Below, piece after piece: positions 35,689-45,789 of a DNA stretch of 46,189 bases (its first letter is position 1; every line of letters starts with the position of its first letter). This DNA is from a plasmid. The notes under the pieces were generated by a model, which was not told where the DNA came from, did no database searches, and saw only the letters and a program-made list of their open reading frames with translations. The DNA lies in the sequence record NZ_CP048628.1; one strand, 5' to 3'. The translations under genes were made by a program, and so were the position numbers.

Positions 35689-37338
35689 TTAGCTGGCTTT
35701 ATTTAACAGACTAAAATTATCTATGATTACATCTGATGTATTGATTTTAAGCCCTATTTCTTTTGCAAACGTTATTATAAGATTATTTATAAAACTATTT
35801 TTGTTAGCTGGTATATTATTATAAAGTTTAGCCTGTATAATACAATTATTTTGTATTTCTATTAATGCTTTTACTCCTTCATCATCAGCTATTGCTATTA
35901 ATTGCAGTTTGTCATTTATAAGGTTTTTATATCCTGCACTACAATTATTTAATAAATAGGCAATTTCTTTTAAATTGCTATATTTCTTTACACAAGAAAA
36001 GTGATATCTCTGAATGTTTACATCATATTTATTAATAATATCTGTAGCTATATCAAAGTTAAAGTCTTTTTCTGATTGTTTAACTATTTCTAAAGCCAAC
36101 CAATTATGCAGTTTACTAAAAGCAATATTTTCTTGTTCTAATTTATTTAAAGTAGTCAAATTTGCTTCTTTATATAAATTTAATATATCTTTTATATAAT
36201 TGTATTTATTAAAAATAACATTAACCTTTACATTTTTATAGTATTTTAAATATAAATTATTAATAAAATCTATATATACATATAATTTATTTATTCTTCT
36301 CTCTAAATTACTGCGATAACTTTCTTTGTATTCTTTATTTATAAAGCATTTTTCATTTTTTAAATAAAACTTTAATAAGTTATTACTTAAATTCTTATTT
36401 AGATTGTTATATATTGTATTTATTATAGACAAATTTTTTAAAGAAAAATGTTGTTTTAAAAATTTTATGTTTGGTAATTTTAGTAAATCAAAAATTGTAG
36501 ATATATAGTCTTTTTTTAATCTATCAGTGTATTTTTTTTCAAAGTCGTTTAAATATTTATCAACAATATAGGTTTTCACATCATGAAAATCCTCGTTATA
36601 GGCAATATTCGGGCTATTGAAAAAACGCACCCTATGAGCTAAATTCAATACATTTCCTAAGAATTTTTCATGTATAGATAAGTTATTTACATATACATTA
36701 TTTAATTTAATATTATGAACTTGATAAACTTTTTTTATTATGGCTATTCTTAATTTTTTTAATAAAACTGTTAAACTATCAAAGTAATAATTTTTAGTAT
36801 TTATCTTAAAAAAATAAAGTGCAGTATTTTCTGTTAGGTTTTCCAAGTCTGTTATATAACCTATATCTTGCTTATCATGTTGAACATTATTTATATACTT
36901 TTTAAAAGTTATATTTTGGTTCTTTATATCAAAAGTATATATTTCTCTTATATTGGAGAAATGCAAAACACTATATATACTCTGTGCATATGAAATTGAA
37001 ATACTATTGTAATATATTCTAAGCTCTATTTTTTCTTTTAATTCATATAGTTTTATTTTTGTTATATAAGGTAACTCAACATTATACTCTTTACTTATTA
37101 TTACTTCATCTTTTTTGTGGCTATAACCTCGACCACATTTAGAACAATAAATCTTTTGTGTAAATGGATTTACTTTACTAAATGTAAATTCGTTCCCACA
37201 CTCACTACAAAAAGCAGTATGTTTTGATACAAATAAAGAGGCTTGACTTGTTTGACAATATAAATAAGCGTGTGGTCGAGATAATTCTGTTTGGGCTAAA
37301 AGTTTCATGGTAAAAGTCCTTTCTATAAATAAACGCAA
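35689..37338 (-). CDS. large hypothetical protein with N-terminal double zinc ribbon (CSECG..CSKCG), Asn/Lys/Tyr-rich; last gene of the leading-region operon
   Basis: 549 aa; no recognisable catalytic motif; the start may be the internal Met MKLLAQ. Confidence 0.4.
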   Translation of the reverse strand: MRLFIERTFTMKLLAQTELSRPHAYLYCQTSQASLFVSKHTAFCSECGNEFTFSKVNPFTQKIYCSKCGRGYSHKKDEVIISKEYNVELPYITKIKLYELKEKIELRIYYNSISISYAQSIYSVLHFSNIREIYTFDIKNQNITFKKYINNVQHDKQDIGYITDLENLTENTALYFFKINTKNYYFDSLTVLLKKLRIAIIKKVYQVHNIKLNNVYVNNLSIHEKFLGNVLNLAHRVRFFNSPNIAYNEDFHDVKTYIVDKYLNDFEKKYTDRLKKDYISTIFDLLKLPNIKFLKQHFSLKNLSIINTIYNNLNKNLSNNLLKFYLKNEKCFINKEYKESYRSNLERRINKLYVYIDFINNLYLKYYKNVKVNVIFNKYNYIKDILNLYKEANLTTLNKLEQENIAFSKLHNWLALEIVKQSEKDFNFDIATDIINKYDVNIQRYHFSCVKKYSNLKEIAYLLNNCSAGYKNLINDKLQLIAIADDEGVKALIEIQNNCIIQAKLYNNIPANKNSFINNLIITFAKEIGLKINTSDVIIDNFSLLNKAS

Positions 37339-37532
37339 GCACCATTATAATTTCTATTATAAGTTATTTGTAATTTTAACTTATATGCTAACTGTTCTAC
37401 TTCCCAGCTAGTATCATTTAAGCCTAGATAAACTTTCTTTTTATTTAGAAGTTCTAGGATTTTATGGGCGGTAAAATATTTACCGCCTTTTAAAAACTCA
37501 TGATAAGCAAACATTAATTGTATTTTTTTCAT
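37323..37532 (-). CDS. small hypothetical protein
   Basis: 69 aa; overlaps its neighbours in the operon. Confidence 0.35.
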   Translation of the reverse strand: MKKIQLMFAYHEFLKGGKYFTAHKILELLNKKKVYLGLNDTSWEVEQLAYKLKLQITYNRNYNGACVYL

Positions 37533-37858
37533 TTTTTGTTACCTGCTTTCTTGCCACATAATTCAAAACTATTTAATATAATTTGTGTATATTTACTTTT
37601 ATTACCATGTTTATTTACATAAACTTTTACAGATAATCTACCTTCAATCTGCAATTTTTCGCCTTTTTCTATGTTTAAATTGCCTAATCTTTCGGCAAGT
37701 TTGCCAAAAGCTACACAATCATAAAATTCTGCTTCTGTTTCTTTCGTTTTATAATTATAAATATTTTCTGCAAGACTAAATTTTATAACACATATTCCAC
37801 TAGCACTATAATTTATATCCATATCTTTTGTTAATCTACCAACACCGTAAACTTTCAT
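37529..37858 (-). CDS. ssb: single-stranded DNA-binding protein (short OB-fold SSB without acidic tail)
   Basis: MKVYGVGRLTKDMDINYSASGICVIKFSLAEN..FYDCVAFGKLAERLGNLNIEKGEKLQIEGRLSVKVY matches the SSB OB-fold pattern. Confidence 0.65.
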   Translation of the reverse strand: MKVYGVGRLTKDMDINYSASGICVIKFSLAENIYNYKTKETEAEFYDCVAFGKLAERLGNLNIEKGEKLQIEGRLSVKVYVNKHGNKSKYTQIILNSFELCGKKAGNKK

Positions 37859-37873
37859 TTTCTTTCGCTCCTT

Positions 37874-38188
37874 TTAAAATAAACTTTCTTGTTCTATATC
37901 GTCATCATTATTATTATCATCATCATTAATATATTTATCTTCTTTTTTTACTTCTTTTTTAGAAAAATGTTGTTTATGTTTTTCTGTTATTTTTTGTATA
38001 TGTTCTAAAGCCTTTATTTGTGTTTCTAAAAAAGCTTTAGCCCATTTGTTATTATCTGGTTCAGCAGTTGTTTCATCAAAAAGTAATAACTTATACATTT
38101 CTAATAAACATTCATTTTGTTGTTTTATAATCATTTCAATTTTACTTATATTTACTGTATCAATATTTATGTTTTCTAAAAGTTTCAT
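37874..38188 (-). CDS. acidic hypothetical protein (possible DNA-mimic or anti-defence candidate)
   Basis: 104 aa; C-terminus DDDNNNDDDIEQESLF; sits between ardA and ssb. Confidence 0.35.
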   Translation of the reverse strand: MKLLENINIDTVNISKIEMIIKQQNECLLEMYKLLLFDETTAEPDNNKWAKAFLETQIKALEHIQKITEKHKQHFSKKEVKKEDKYINDDDNNNDDDIEQESLF

Positions 38189-38253
38189 ATTATCACTTTC
38201 TCTTTTTTTAGGTTAGGGGCTTGATAGCTAAAAACTATCAAGCCTTATTTTTA

Positions 38254-38784
38254 TTAATATAAAGCAATAAAACCATTATCGGAAAAACTACCATTTACAT
38301 TTATCATGTAATCCCTACCTATGCTTTCATAATCTAGGTACATTTTTATTTTTTCATCTATATTATTAAAGAAGCCTTCATCAACTAAAGCATGACCTAA
38401 ATCAGCTTCGTCATTAACATCACTATAATAAATATAATCGCCATTAATAGCCACGTTATAAGCTTCGTCAAAATCAGAAGCACAAGTTAAAATAGCCTTA
38501 AAAATATCACTATCAATAGTATTATTAAGTTCTTCAATTTTTTCTGCCATTTCTTCTAATTCACTAATAGATATATATTCATTTATTTTTATATTTGCAT
38601 TGCTTTCAAAATCTGTTATAAAAAATTCTTCGTAATCTGTACCGTCTTTAACGTCTATGCTTTCTAATTCTTCTTTCCAATTTATAGCTGTAGATAATGT
38701 AATCCATTTACCAATTAGATAACCTTCAACGTATTTACCCAAATTAGTTAAAAAAATACTTGCATAAATATTATTAGTAGTCAT
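38254..38784 (-). CDS. ardA: ArdA antirestriction protein
   Basis: LTNLGKYVEGYLIGKW and YLDYESIGRDYMINVNGSFSDNGFIALY parallel the Tn916 ArdA motifs IANLGKYNEGELVGAW and YIDYQAYGRDLDLSGTFISTNHGIFEIVY as I recall them; highly acidic. Confidence 0.8.
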   Translation of the reverse strand: MTTNNIYASIFLTNLGKYVEGYLIGKWITLSTAINWKEELESIDVKDGTDYEEFFITDFESNANIKINEYISISELEEMAEKIEELNNTIDSDIFKAILTCASDFDEAYNVAINGDYIYYSDVNDEADLGHALVDEGFFNNIDEKIKMYLDYESIGRDYMINVNGSFSDNGFIALY

Positions 38785-39003
38785 GATTGTACCTCTCTTT
38801 CAGCTAGTTGTTGTTCTCATAAGCGTCCATTTTTTTTACGCTTTTCGCATGACCTTGAAAACGATGGAAGCAAAAAAGACAAGGGCAGTTTTACTGTACA
38901 TTTTACCCTTGTCTTTTTTGGTGTAATCGTTATCATGCGAAGGAGAAAAGCATAAAAAAATTATTTATATTTTTTCTGAAAGAAAATACATTGTGGTCTA
39001 TTT

Positions 39004-39070
39004 AAAATAACTGTGACTATAAGGACGAGCGAGCGATGCTTCTGTTTATCCTTATAATCACAGTTATTTT
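39004..39070. repeat. 22-bp inverted repeat (one mismatch) around a 23-bp GC-rich spacer cgagcgagcgatgcttctgttta; ssDNA hairpin promoter, ssi or oriT candidate
   Basis: aaaataactgtgactataagga..tccttataatcacagttatttt. Nearby hairpins at 38876..38916 and 39091..39112. Lies in the divergent region upstream of the ardA operon. Confidence 0.45.
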
Positions 39071-39240
39071 AAATTAAATTCAATAAAAAAAAGATATTAT
39101 CCCCTGATAATATCTGCTTTTATCCTTTATATATAATATAATATATATAATTATATTGATATAATTATATATATATAATATAATATATATAGCTACATTG
39201 ATATAATTATATATATAACTATATATATGGAGGTCTTCAA

Positions 39241-39978
39241 ATGACGCGTATTATTAGTATCATAAATCAAAAAGGTGGCGTTGGTAAAACTACAACGGCA
39301 CAAAATTTAGCTGCTGGTTTAGAAAAAAAAGGTTTTAAAACTCTTTTAATTGATTTAGATGCACAATGCAACTTAACCTATTCAGTTAATGTTGATAGCA
39401 AATATACAATCTATGATGTATTTTCAGATAAAATTTCTATAAAAGAAGCAATATATAATAATTTTATTGCTGGTTCACCTTTATTATCTACTATAGATAC
39501 TATTTTAAATCAAACAGGAAAAGAATATAAATTAAAAGAAGCTTTATCTGACATTATTAATCATTTTGATTTTATCATTTTAGATACTCCGCCTGCATTG
39601 GGAACTATCACCATTAACGCCTTAACAGCAGCTACTGAAGCTTTAATAACAGCTCAACCAGATGCTTATAGTCTACAAGGTATTAGTCAATTATATCAAA
39701 CAATTTTTGCTGTAAAAAAATATTGTAATCCACAATTAAAAGTTTGTGGTATTTTATTAACACGATATAATAAACGCACAATAATTAGCAACAATGCAAC
39801 AACTTCAATTATAAATAAAGCCAAACAACTTAATACTAAAGTTTTCGATACAAAAATTAGAGAATGTACTGCTATTAAAGAATCTCAAGTAGTACAAAAA
39901 AATATATTTGATTATGCTAAATATAGTAATGCAAGTTTTGATTATCAAAAATTAGTAGAAGAAATATTAGGAGAATAA
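39241..39978 (+). CDS. parA: ParA-family partition ATPase (second par system)
   Basis: Deviant Walker A NQKGGVGKTT. Confidence 0.85.
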   Translation: MTRIISIINQKGGVGKTTTAQNLAAGLEKKGFKTLLIDLDAQCNLTYSVNVDSKYTIYDVFSDKISIKEAIYNNFIAGSPLLSTIDTILNQTGKEYKLKEALSDIINHFDFIILDTPPALGTITINALTAATEALITAQPDAYSLQGISQLYQTIFAVKKYCNPQLKVCGILLTRYNKRTIISNNATTSIINKAKQLNTKVFDTKIRECTAIKESQVVQKNIFDYAKYSNASFDYQKLVEEILGE

Positions 39979-39979
39979 T

Positions 39980-40324
39980 ATGGATAAGAAAAAAGACTTC
40001 ACATCTAAAATGGATGAAATGATTCCTGCTATGAATTTTATATCAAGTTCATCAATAGAACAAAAAGAAGAACAAAATACAGTAATTAACAACAATACTA
40101 CATCAAAAAAATATTTATCCTCAGAAGAAATTAAATCTATAAATGTTCCTGAAGGATTTCGTGTAAATCCTATTCTTATTGAGAAAAAAAGTAAAAAAAT
40201 AGCATTAGCAATTTACCCTAGTTTACATAAAAAACTAAAGGAAATTGCATCAAAAAAAAATATAAGCGTAAACGACTATATTTGTAAAGCTATTAGCATT
40301 GCACTAGAAGAAGAAAAAATATAG
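39980..40324 (+). CDS. small partition partner or centromere-binding protein candidate (RHH-like C-terminus)
   Basis: 114 aa, immediately after parA; C-terminal ..SVNDYICKAISIALEEE resembles an RHH/CopG-type fold; followed by the hairpin terminator at 40368..40402. Confidence 0.45.
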   Translation: MDKKKDFTSKMDEMIPAMNFISSSSIEQKEEQNTVINNNTTSKKYLSSEEIKSINVPEGFRVNPILIEKKSKKIALAIYPSLHKKLKEIASKKNISVNDYICKAISIALEEEKI

Positions 40325-40529
40325 AACAATAATATATATGTATGTGATGACATACAAAATTAAACTTTGTAAGCGTAGCAATTAAGGTTAAGTTGCTACG
40401 CTTATTTTAGCTTTTTCTTATGTATAATTAAAAACTACAAAAATATAAATTTTATAATAAATATCTTGCTATTTATAATAGTTTACATGATACATAAAAT
40501 ACCTACTACTCTTTTAAGTATAATCTATC

Positions 40530-41900
40530 ATTACCAATAACGCCGTAAAGCCTCTTGCTTTAGCTATGGGGATATAAGGCGTGTCCGCCGAATTTGCGTA
40601 AGCAATTGAAGGTGGACTTTTAATTTGTTATAAATATAATGATTTGTTATTATATAATTATGAATAAATAAAAGGCAGGTGATTGTAGTGAAAACATATT
40701 GTTTTAAACTTTATAAGGCAAAAAGAAATAGAAAACTTAATAAAGTTATTAATATATCTGGAATTATCTACAATCACTGCATTGCTCTGCATAAAAGATA
40801 TTATCGTTTATTTAAAAAATCTCTTAATATCTATAAGCTTCAAAAACATTTAACCAAACTTAAGAAAATAGACAGATTTAGCTATTTTAAAGAAGTAGGC
40901 TCGCAAGCTATTCAAGACATAACTCAGAGAATAGACCGTGCTTATAAATTGTTTTTTAGAAATTTAAAACATAAAATTCGTACAGCACCACCATCGTTTA
41001 AAAAGATACGAAAATATAAATCATTCACTTTAAAACAAGCTGGTTGGAAACTTTTAAAAGGTAATGTTATAGAGATTAATAAACAAAAATACAGATATTT
41101 TAAAAGCAGAGATATTGAAGGAACAGTTAAAACAATAACTATTAAACGAGATACTTTAGGTGATATATATCTTTATTTTGTCTGTAAAACTAATGAGAAT
41201 GAAGTTTTAGTAAGAACAGGTAACAGCGTCGGTTATGACTTTGGACTTAAACAGTTTTTAACAGCATCAGATAATGAAAATATACAAGCACCCTTATTTT
41301 TTAAGCAAAATACTAATACTATAAAAAAAGCTAATAGAATATTATCTCGAAAAAAGAAAGGTTCTAATCATCGCAGATTAGCTAAAATAGCTTTTGCTAG
41401 ACTGCACAAGAAAATAGCTAATCAAAGAAAAGATTTTCATTTTAAATTGGCTAGAAAAATTTGTGCAAAATATGCTTTAATTTGCATTGAAGATTTAAAT
41501 ATCAAAGGAATGCAAAAACGTTGGGGAAGAAAAATATCTGACTATGGATTTGCTGAATTTATAAAAATTCTTGAATATGAAGCAAGAAAATTTAGCTCAG
41601 TAGTGCAAAAGATAGATAGATACTATCCAAGCTCGCAAATTTGCCATGTCTGTGGTACCAAAAATCCCGAAACAAAAAATTTAGCAGTTCGTAAGTGGGT
41701 TTGCGCAAAGTGCAAAATCAGCCACGATAGAGATAGAAATGCAGCTATAAATATATGGAAGGTTGGGACATCAACCTTCTTTGGAGAGATACAGTAAGAC
41801 CTGCTATTTTAGTAGGCAAGTATCGTTTGTATCCAAGAATCCCCTGTCTTTAGGCATGAGGAGTATGTCAAAAAATTTTTAAACTTGCAATTTGAGAATT
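40530..41900 (+). mobile_element. IS200/IS605-family element carrying tnpB only (IS1341-like); ends approximate
   Basis: GC-richer, structured flanks on both sides of tnpB (40530..40680 and 41800..41900); the right end may encode the guide (omega/re) RNA scaffold. Confidence 0.4.
40679..41797 (+). CDS. tnpB: TnpB (OrfB) RNA-guided nuclease of the IS605 family
   Basis: 372 aa; C-terminal zinc finger CHVCGTKNPETKNLAVRKWVCAKCKISHDRDRNAAINI; RuvC-like segments. Confidence 0.75.
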   Translation: MIVVKTYCFKLYKAKRNRKLNKVINISGIIYNHCIALHKRYYRLFKKSLNIYKLQKHLTKLKKIDRFSYFKEVGSQAIQDITQRIDRAYKLFFRNLKHKIRTAPPSFKKIRKYKSFTLKQAGWKLLKGNVIEINKQKYRYFKSRDIEGTVKTITIKRDTLGDIYLYFVCKTNENEVLVRTGNSVGYDFGLKQFLTASDNENIQAPLFFKQNTNTIKKANRILSRKKKGSNHRRLAKIAFARLHKKIANQRKDFHFKLARKICAKYALICIEDLNIKGMQKRWGRKISDYGFAEFIKILEYEARKFSSVVQKIDRYYPSSQICHVCGTKNPETKNLAVRKWVCAKCKISHDRDRNAAINIWKVGTSTFFGEIQ

Positions 41901-41942
41901 TAAAATTCTTTTGCTATAATGTATATCTATAAATAAGGAGGT

Positions 41943-42791
41943 GTGGATATGGCAAAGAACAAACTGGTTGCCCCTGTTGTCAAATGGGTTGGAGGAAAAC
42001 GCCAGTTGTTAGATGAGATTACGCCTCTACTTCCTAAGCGGATCACTTCTTATTGCGAGCCTTTTTTGGGTGGTGGAGCCGTTTTATTTTCTATTCAGCC
42101 ATCCAAAGCAATCGTAAATGACTTGAATGAGGATTTGATTACGGTTTACGAAATTATTCGTGACGATGTTGAATCTCTTATTGCCGATCTCAAAAAACAC
42201 GAAAACACTTCAGAGTATTTTTATGCAATACGAGATTTAGATAGAGATAAAGCAACCTATCAAGCCATGTCAAAGGTTGAGCGTGCATCACGATTAATTT
42301 ATTTAAACAAAACTTGTTTTAATGGTTTATTTCGGGTTAATTCATCAGGGGAGTTTAATTCTCCTTTTGGTCATTATAAAAATCCTAACATTGTAAACGA
42401 ACCAGTTCTGCGGGCAGTAAGTAAGTATTTTTCGTCTGCTAATATCGCATTTTGCAATGAAGATTTTGCTGTGACTTTAAGTAGAGTTGGCAAGGGTGGA
42501 TTTGTGTATCTTGACCCACCGTATGATCCTGTTTCTGATACATCAAGTTTCACCGGCTATAATAAAGGAGGATTTGACAGAAACGAGCAAATCAGACTAA
42601 AGCAATATTGTGACGATCTGACGCAGCGAGGCATTAAATTTATGCTATCCAATTCTGCTACAGAGTTCATAAAAGAACTGTATAAGGACTACAACATATC
42701 CATTGTACAAGCTAAGAGGGTAATCAATTCAGATGCAAGCAAGCGTGGGGCAATAGAGGAGGTACTAATTAGAAACTATGGGACTAAATGA
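41943..42791 (+). CDS. Dam-family (D12 class) N6-adenine DNA methyltransferase
   Basis: VVKWVGGKRQLL (motif I region) and YLDPPYDP (DPPY catalytic motif). The region is visibly GC-richer than the plasmid backbone. Confidence 0.8.
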   Translation: MDMAKNKLVAPVVKWVGGKRQLLDEITPLLPKRITSYCEPFLGGGAVLFSIQPSKAIVNDLNEDLITVYEIIRDDVESLIADLKKHENTSEYFYAIRDLDRDKATYQAMSKVERASRLIYLNKTCFNGLFRVNSSGEFNSPFGHYKNPNIVNEPVLRAVSKYFSSANIAFCNEDFAVTLSRVGKGGFVYLDPPYDPVSDTSSFTGYNKGGFDRNEQIRLKQYCDDLTQRGIKFMLSNSATEFIKELYKDYNISIVQAKRVINSDASKRGAIEEVLIRNYGTK

Positions 42792-44049
42792 TACCGCATG
42801 GGAAAGTCTATTTGACAAGTATCATATTCTTGCTGAGATTGAGCAAAATGGACAGTTTATCATTTCAGCAAATCAGATAAAAGAGTTCAGAGAACCTCGG
42901 TTAATGACCAAGTTTGACCATAAAATAAATCTCCCCAATATTTTCACATCCAACAACTTATCAATTTTGCCAATAACTCGTGGAAATTATGTTATTTCTT
43001 CTTTTTCGGCGTATAAGGAGTTTGACGAGCCATCCCAAGATGTGCAGAAAATATCAATACCAGCACATATCCAAAGTTTAATGCCGCAGTTTCTTGTGAG
43101 CGAAGCTATTGCGTTAAATTGTGCTAATGCTTGTGGTATACTTAATGACTTTTTAGAGGATGATGAGCTTGTTTCAACAGTTAGCGGTCGCATGAGTTCC
43201 GGTAGTTTTGAATTTAGCATAAACACCGCTTTAGGAACGAAAAATATTACCGTAAGCAATTCTCAAATAGAAATTGATGCAGCATACGAAGGTATCCATT
43301 ATCTTTCTTTATTTGAGGCTAAGCGGGATTTGTCGGATGATTTTCTTATTCGTCAACTTTATTACCCATTCCGTGTTTGGAGTGAACGAGTGACAAAAAC
43401 AGTAAAGTCCATTTTCTTGATTTTTTCAAATGGTATGTTCAATTTATATCAATATCAGTTTGAAGATCCACAGAACTATAATTCTCTTAAATTGGTGAAG
43501 CAAAAAAATTATGTAATTGTAACAGAGATTTGCTTGGCTGATATTGAAAATCTTTTGAGAACTGTTCCTTTGGTGCAAGAACCTGACATATCATTCCCGC
43601 AAGCGGATCGTATGTCTCGAATAGTCAATCTTATTGAGCTATTAAATGAAAAACCGATGACGAAGCAAGACATTACATCAGAGTATGCTTTTGATGAACG
43701 CCAAACGAATTATTATACAGACGCAGGTCGGTATCTGGGGCTTATTGACAAAACCCATGATGAAGATGGTAATATTCTATTCCACCTTTCGACCTGCGGA
43801 CACCGTATAATGAGTTTGGAGTATAAGGAACGCCAGCTTGCACTTGTAACTCAAATATTGATGCACAAAGTATTCAACGAGACATTAAAACTCCATTTGC
43901 AATATGGAGAGATGCCGGATAAACAAACTATTATCCAGATTATGAAACGCTCTAATCTATATCATGTTGAATCCGACAGCACATATTTGCGACGTTCCTC
44001 TACAGTTGTTGGTTGGGTAAATTGGATTCTAGGAATTATCGAAGAATAA
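42778..44049 (+). CDS. candidate restriction endonuclease partner of the methyltransferase (unrecognised family)
   Basis: 423 aa; overlaps the methyltransferase stop; shares the GC-richer composition. Confidence 0.3.
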   Translation: MGLNDTAWESLFDKYHILAEIEQNGQFIISANQIKEFREPRLMTKFDHKINLPNIFTSNNLSILPITRGNYVISSFSAYKEFDEPSQDVQKISIPAHIQSLMPQFLVSEAIALNCANACGILNDFLEDDELVSTVSGRMSSGSFEFSINTALGTKNITVSNSQIEIDAAYEGIHYLSLFEAKRDLSDDFLIRQLYYPFRVWSERVTKTVKSIFLIFSNGMFNLYQYQFEDPQNYNSLKLVKQKNYVIVTEICLADIENLLRTVPLVQEPDISFPQADRMSRIVNLIELLNEKPMTKQDITSEYAFDERQTNYYTDAGRYLGLIDKTHDEDGNILFHLSTCGHRIMSLEYKERQLALVTQILMHKVFNETLKLHLQYGEMPDKQTIIQIMKRSNLYHVESDSTYLRRSSTVVGWVNWILGIIEE

Positions 44050-44261
44050 TTTGGTATTTCTCAAAAGAAAGGATAGTATCTATGACAACAAATAATGACA
44101 GACCTATTATTCAATCACACGGTTATAACGGCAGTGAACCAACTAGGATTTGTCCCCATTGTGGCAAAGAAAAACCACTAAGTGAGTTTGGTTTTAGAAA
44201 AATGAAAAAAAACAAGAAGGAGATAATAAGAAATCAATCTTGGTGTAAAGATTGTCGATAA
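44013..44261 (+). CDS. small zinc-ribbon protein
   Basis: CPHCGKEK..CKDCR. Confidence 0.3.
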   Translation: MGKLDSRNYRRIIWYFSKERIVSMTTNNDRPIIQSHGYNGSEPTRICPHCGKEKPLSEFGFRKMKKNKKEIIRNQSWCKDCR

Positions 44262-44559
44262 CCCATGTATGTCAAGCTCGCTTGCCGTTGAAGTAGGCGG
44301 GCTTTTATATATCCTCACACTTAAAATCAAGAAAGTTATCTATATATAAACATCGACTTTCCAATAATTAGATTTTCAAGTCTAACTTTTAAAGATCGGT
44401 TTATAGCATATAAATTATTTAATAATAATTAATCTTATAAACAAATAAATATATATCCTATTTTATAAGATACATAGAAATACACCTACAATATATACAA
44501 TTAAAGCTACTCAAATAAAAAATTTTTATAAGATTATCAACAAACTAGGCACAAAACTA

Positions 44560-45140
44560 ATTGACATCTCGAATAAAATATGCACACCCAGAGGGAGAAA
44601 GAAACAAGTTAATAGTATACCTGGTTACAAAATTTTGTAATTTTATACTGTATCACTATTAATTTGTTTCTTTTTTCACTGGATTTATTGCACACCCGTC
44701 GATCGTGAAGTTTCCATTATTAAACTTAACTAGCCGCTGCTTCTACACAGCAAAAGTTATCACAGTGGTCCTATCGCCCTCACTGCACTAGATTTCCCTA
44801 GTAACTTTCATACGGTACTTTCGCACCCGATACTTAGCCCCCGCTGACTTATTTAACCATGTGCTTATATACTTTTATATTAAAAATAAAAAAAGCCGTT
44901 TAAACGGCTTTTTAGTATACTTTACATTTAGGCATTTAATGGGAGTTTGTCAGCACTTTACCCACTTACGTCAATAGATAATGGTTAAGTACATTATCTA
45001 TACCGTGCGTATTTATCGCATCTGCTCGCAACACAGTTAGTATAGATTTCTTCTATACCATAGTTTATACACCAATGCCTAGTGTAGTCTCCTTTCTTTG
45101 AATAAGCATCAAAGCGTGCTGGTATGGTCTAATCCCACAC
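44560..45140. other. GC-richer ORF-free island of about 580 bp with an internal bidirectional terminator (44889..44915); structured RNA or decayed gene
   Basis: No ORF of 60 aa or more on either strand, despite coding-like GC content. Motif tgcacaccc occurs twice. Hairpin aagccgtttaaacggctt. Confidence 0.3.
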
Positions 45141-45303
45141 CTGATTTTAGATATAATAAAGCTATTAAAACTTTTAAAAATAAAAATTTTATTAAACTCT
45201 AAAACATTCTAAAACCTTGACACTACTAAAGATTATAGCTATAATAATCATATCAATCACAACCAGCCTATAAACTATAAACTATAAACTTCAATAATTA
45301 AAC

Positions 45304-45370
45304 TTTAGTAGTTTTCTTTAGTAGTTTTTAGTAGCTTTTAGTAGCTTTTAGTAGTTTTTGGTGGTTTTAG
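45304..45370. repeat. 10-bp-period iterons (agtagYtttt, 5-6 copies); centromere candidate for the wrap-around par system
   Basis: The agtag core recurs at 45307, 45320, 45330, 45340 and 45350, with ggtgg at 45360. Confidence 0.5.
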
Positions 45371-45561
45371 AATTTTTCAGAAAGCTAATCATGTTGGCGC
45401 ATGATTAGCTTTTTTTATTGCTTTTATATATTTTAAATTTTTATTAAATTTTTCATTTTTTTTAACTTGTTTTTTATAATATCAAAAAAATAAAAAAACG
45501 TCAAGACCTTATATTTTAAGGCTTTATAAGTTTACTCAGTAACATTATGTTACTTATATTA

Positions 45562-45593
45562 CTAAGTAAACTTATTTAATTAAGTTTACTTAG
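45562..45593. promoter_or_regulatory. perfect palindrome ctaagtaaactta-tttaat-taagtttacttag
   Basis: 13-bp arms; shares the core TAAGTAAACTTAT with the 45693 palindrome. Confidence 0.5.
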
Positions 45594-45692
45594 TAAACAT
45601 TAAATATTTCATTTTAAATTTTATAAACAATAATATAATTTATATTATATTTATCATCTAATTAAGTGCATATTAAGATATTACAACTAAAT

Positions 45693-45732
45693 ATTACTAG
45701 GTAAACTTATTAAAATAAGTTTACCTAGTAAT
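45693..45732. promoter_or_regulatory. palindrome with 18-bp arms (attactaggtaaacttat/ataagtttacctagtaat) abutting the parA promoter TTTACA-17-TATATT (45735..45763); operator candidate
   Basis: Read directly from the sequence. Confidence 0.5.
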
Positions 45733-45789
45733 ATTTTACATTCTGTGATAAAATTACTATATTATAAAAAGCATTGGAGGTTACCCTCA

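Noticed and set aside
44560-45140. Group II intron fragment or retron RNA in the GC-rich ORF-free island
   Set aside because: No convincing domain V consensus, no GUGYG start or intron-encoded reverse transcriptase nearby. It cannot be confirmed by eye, so it is left as an unclassified structured or decayed region.
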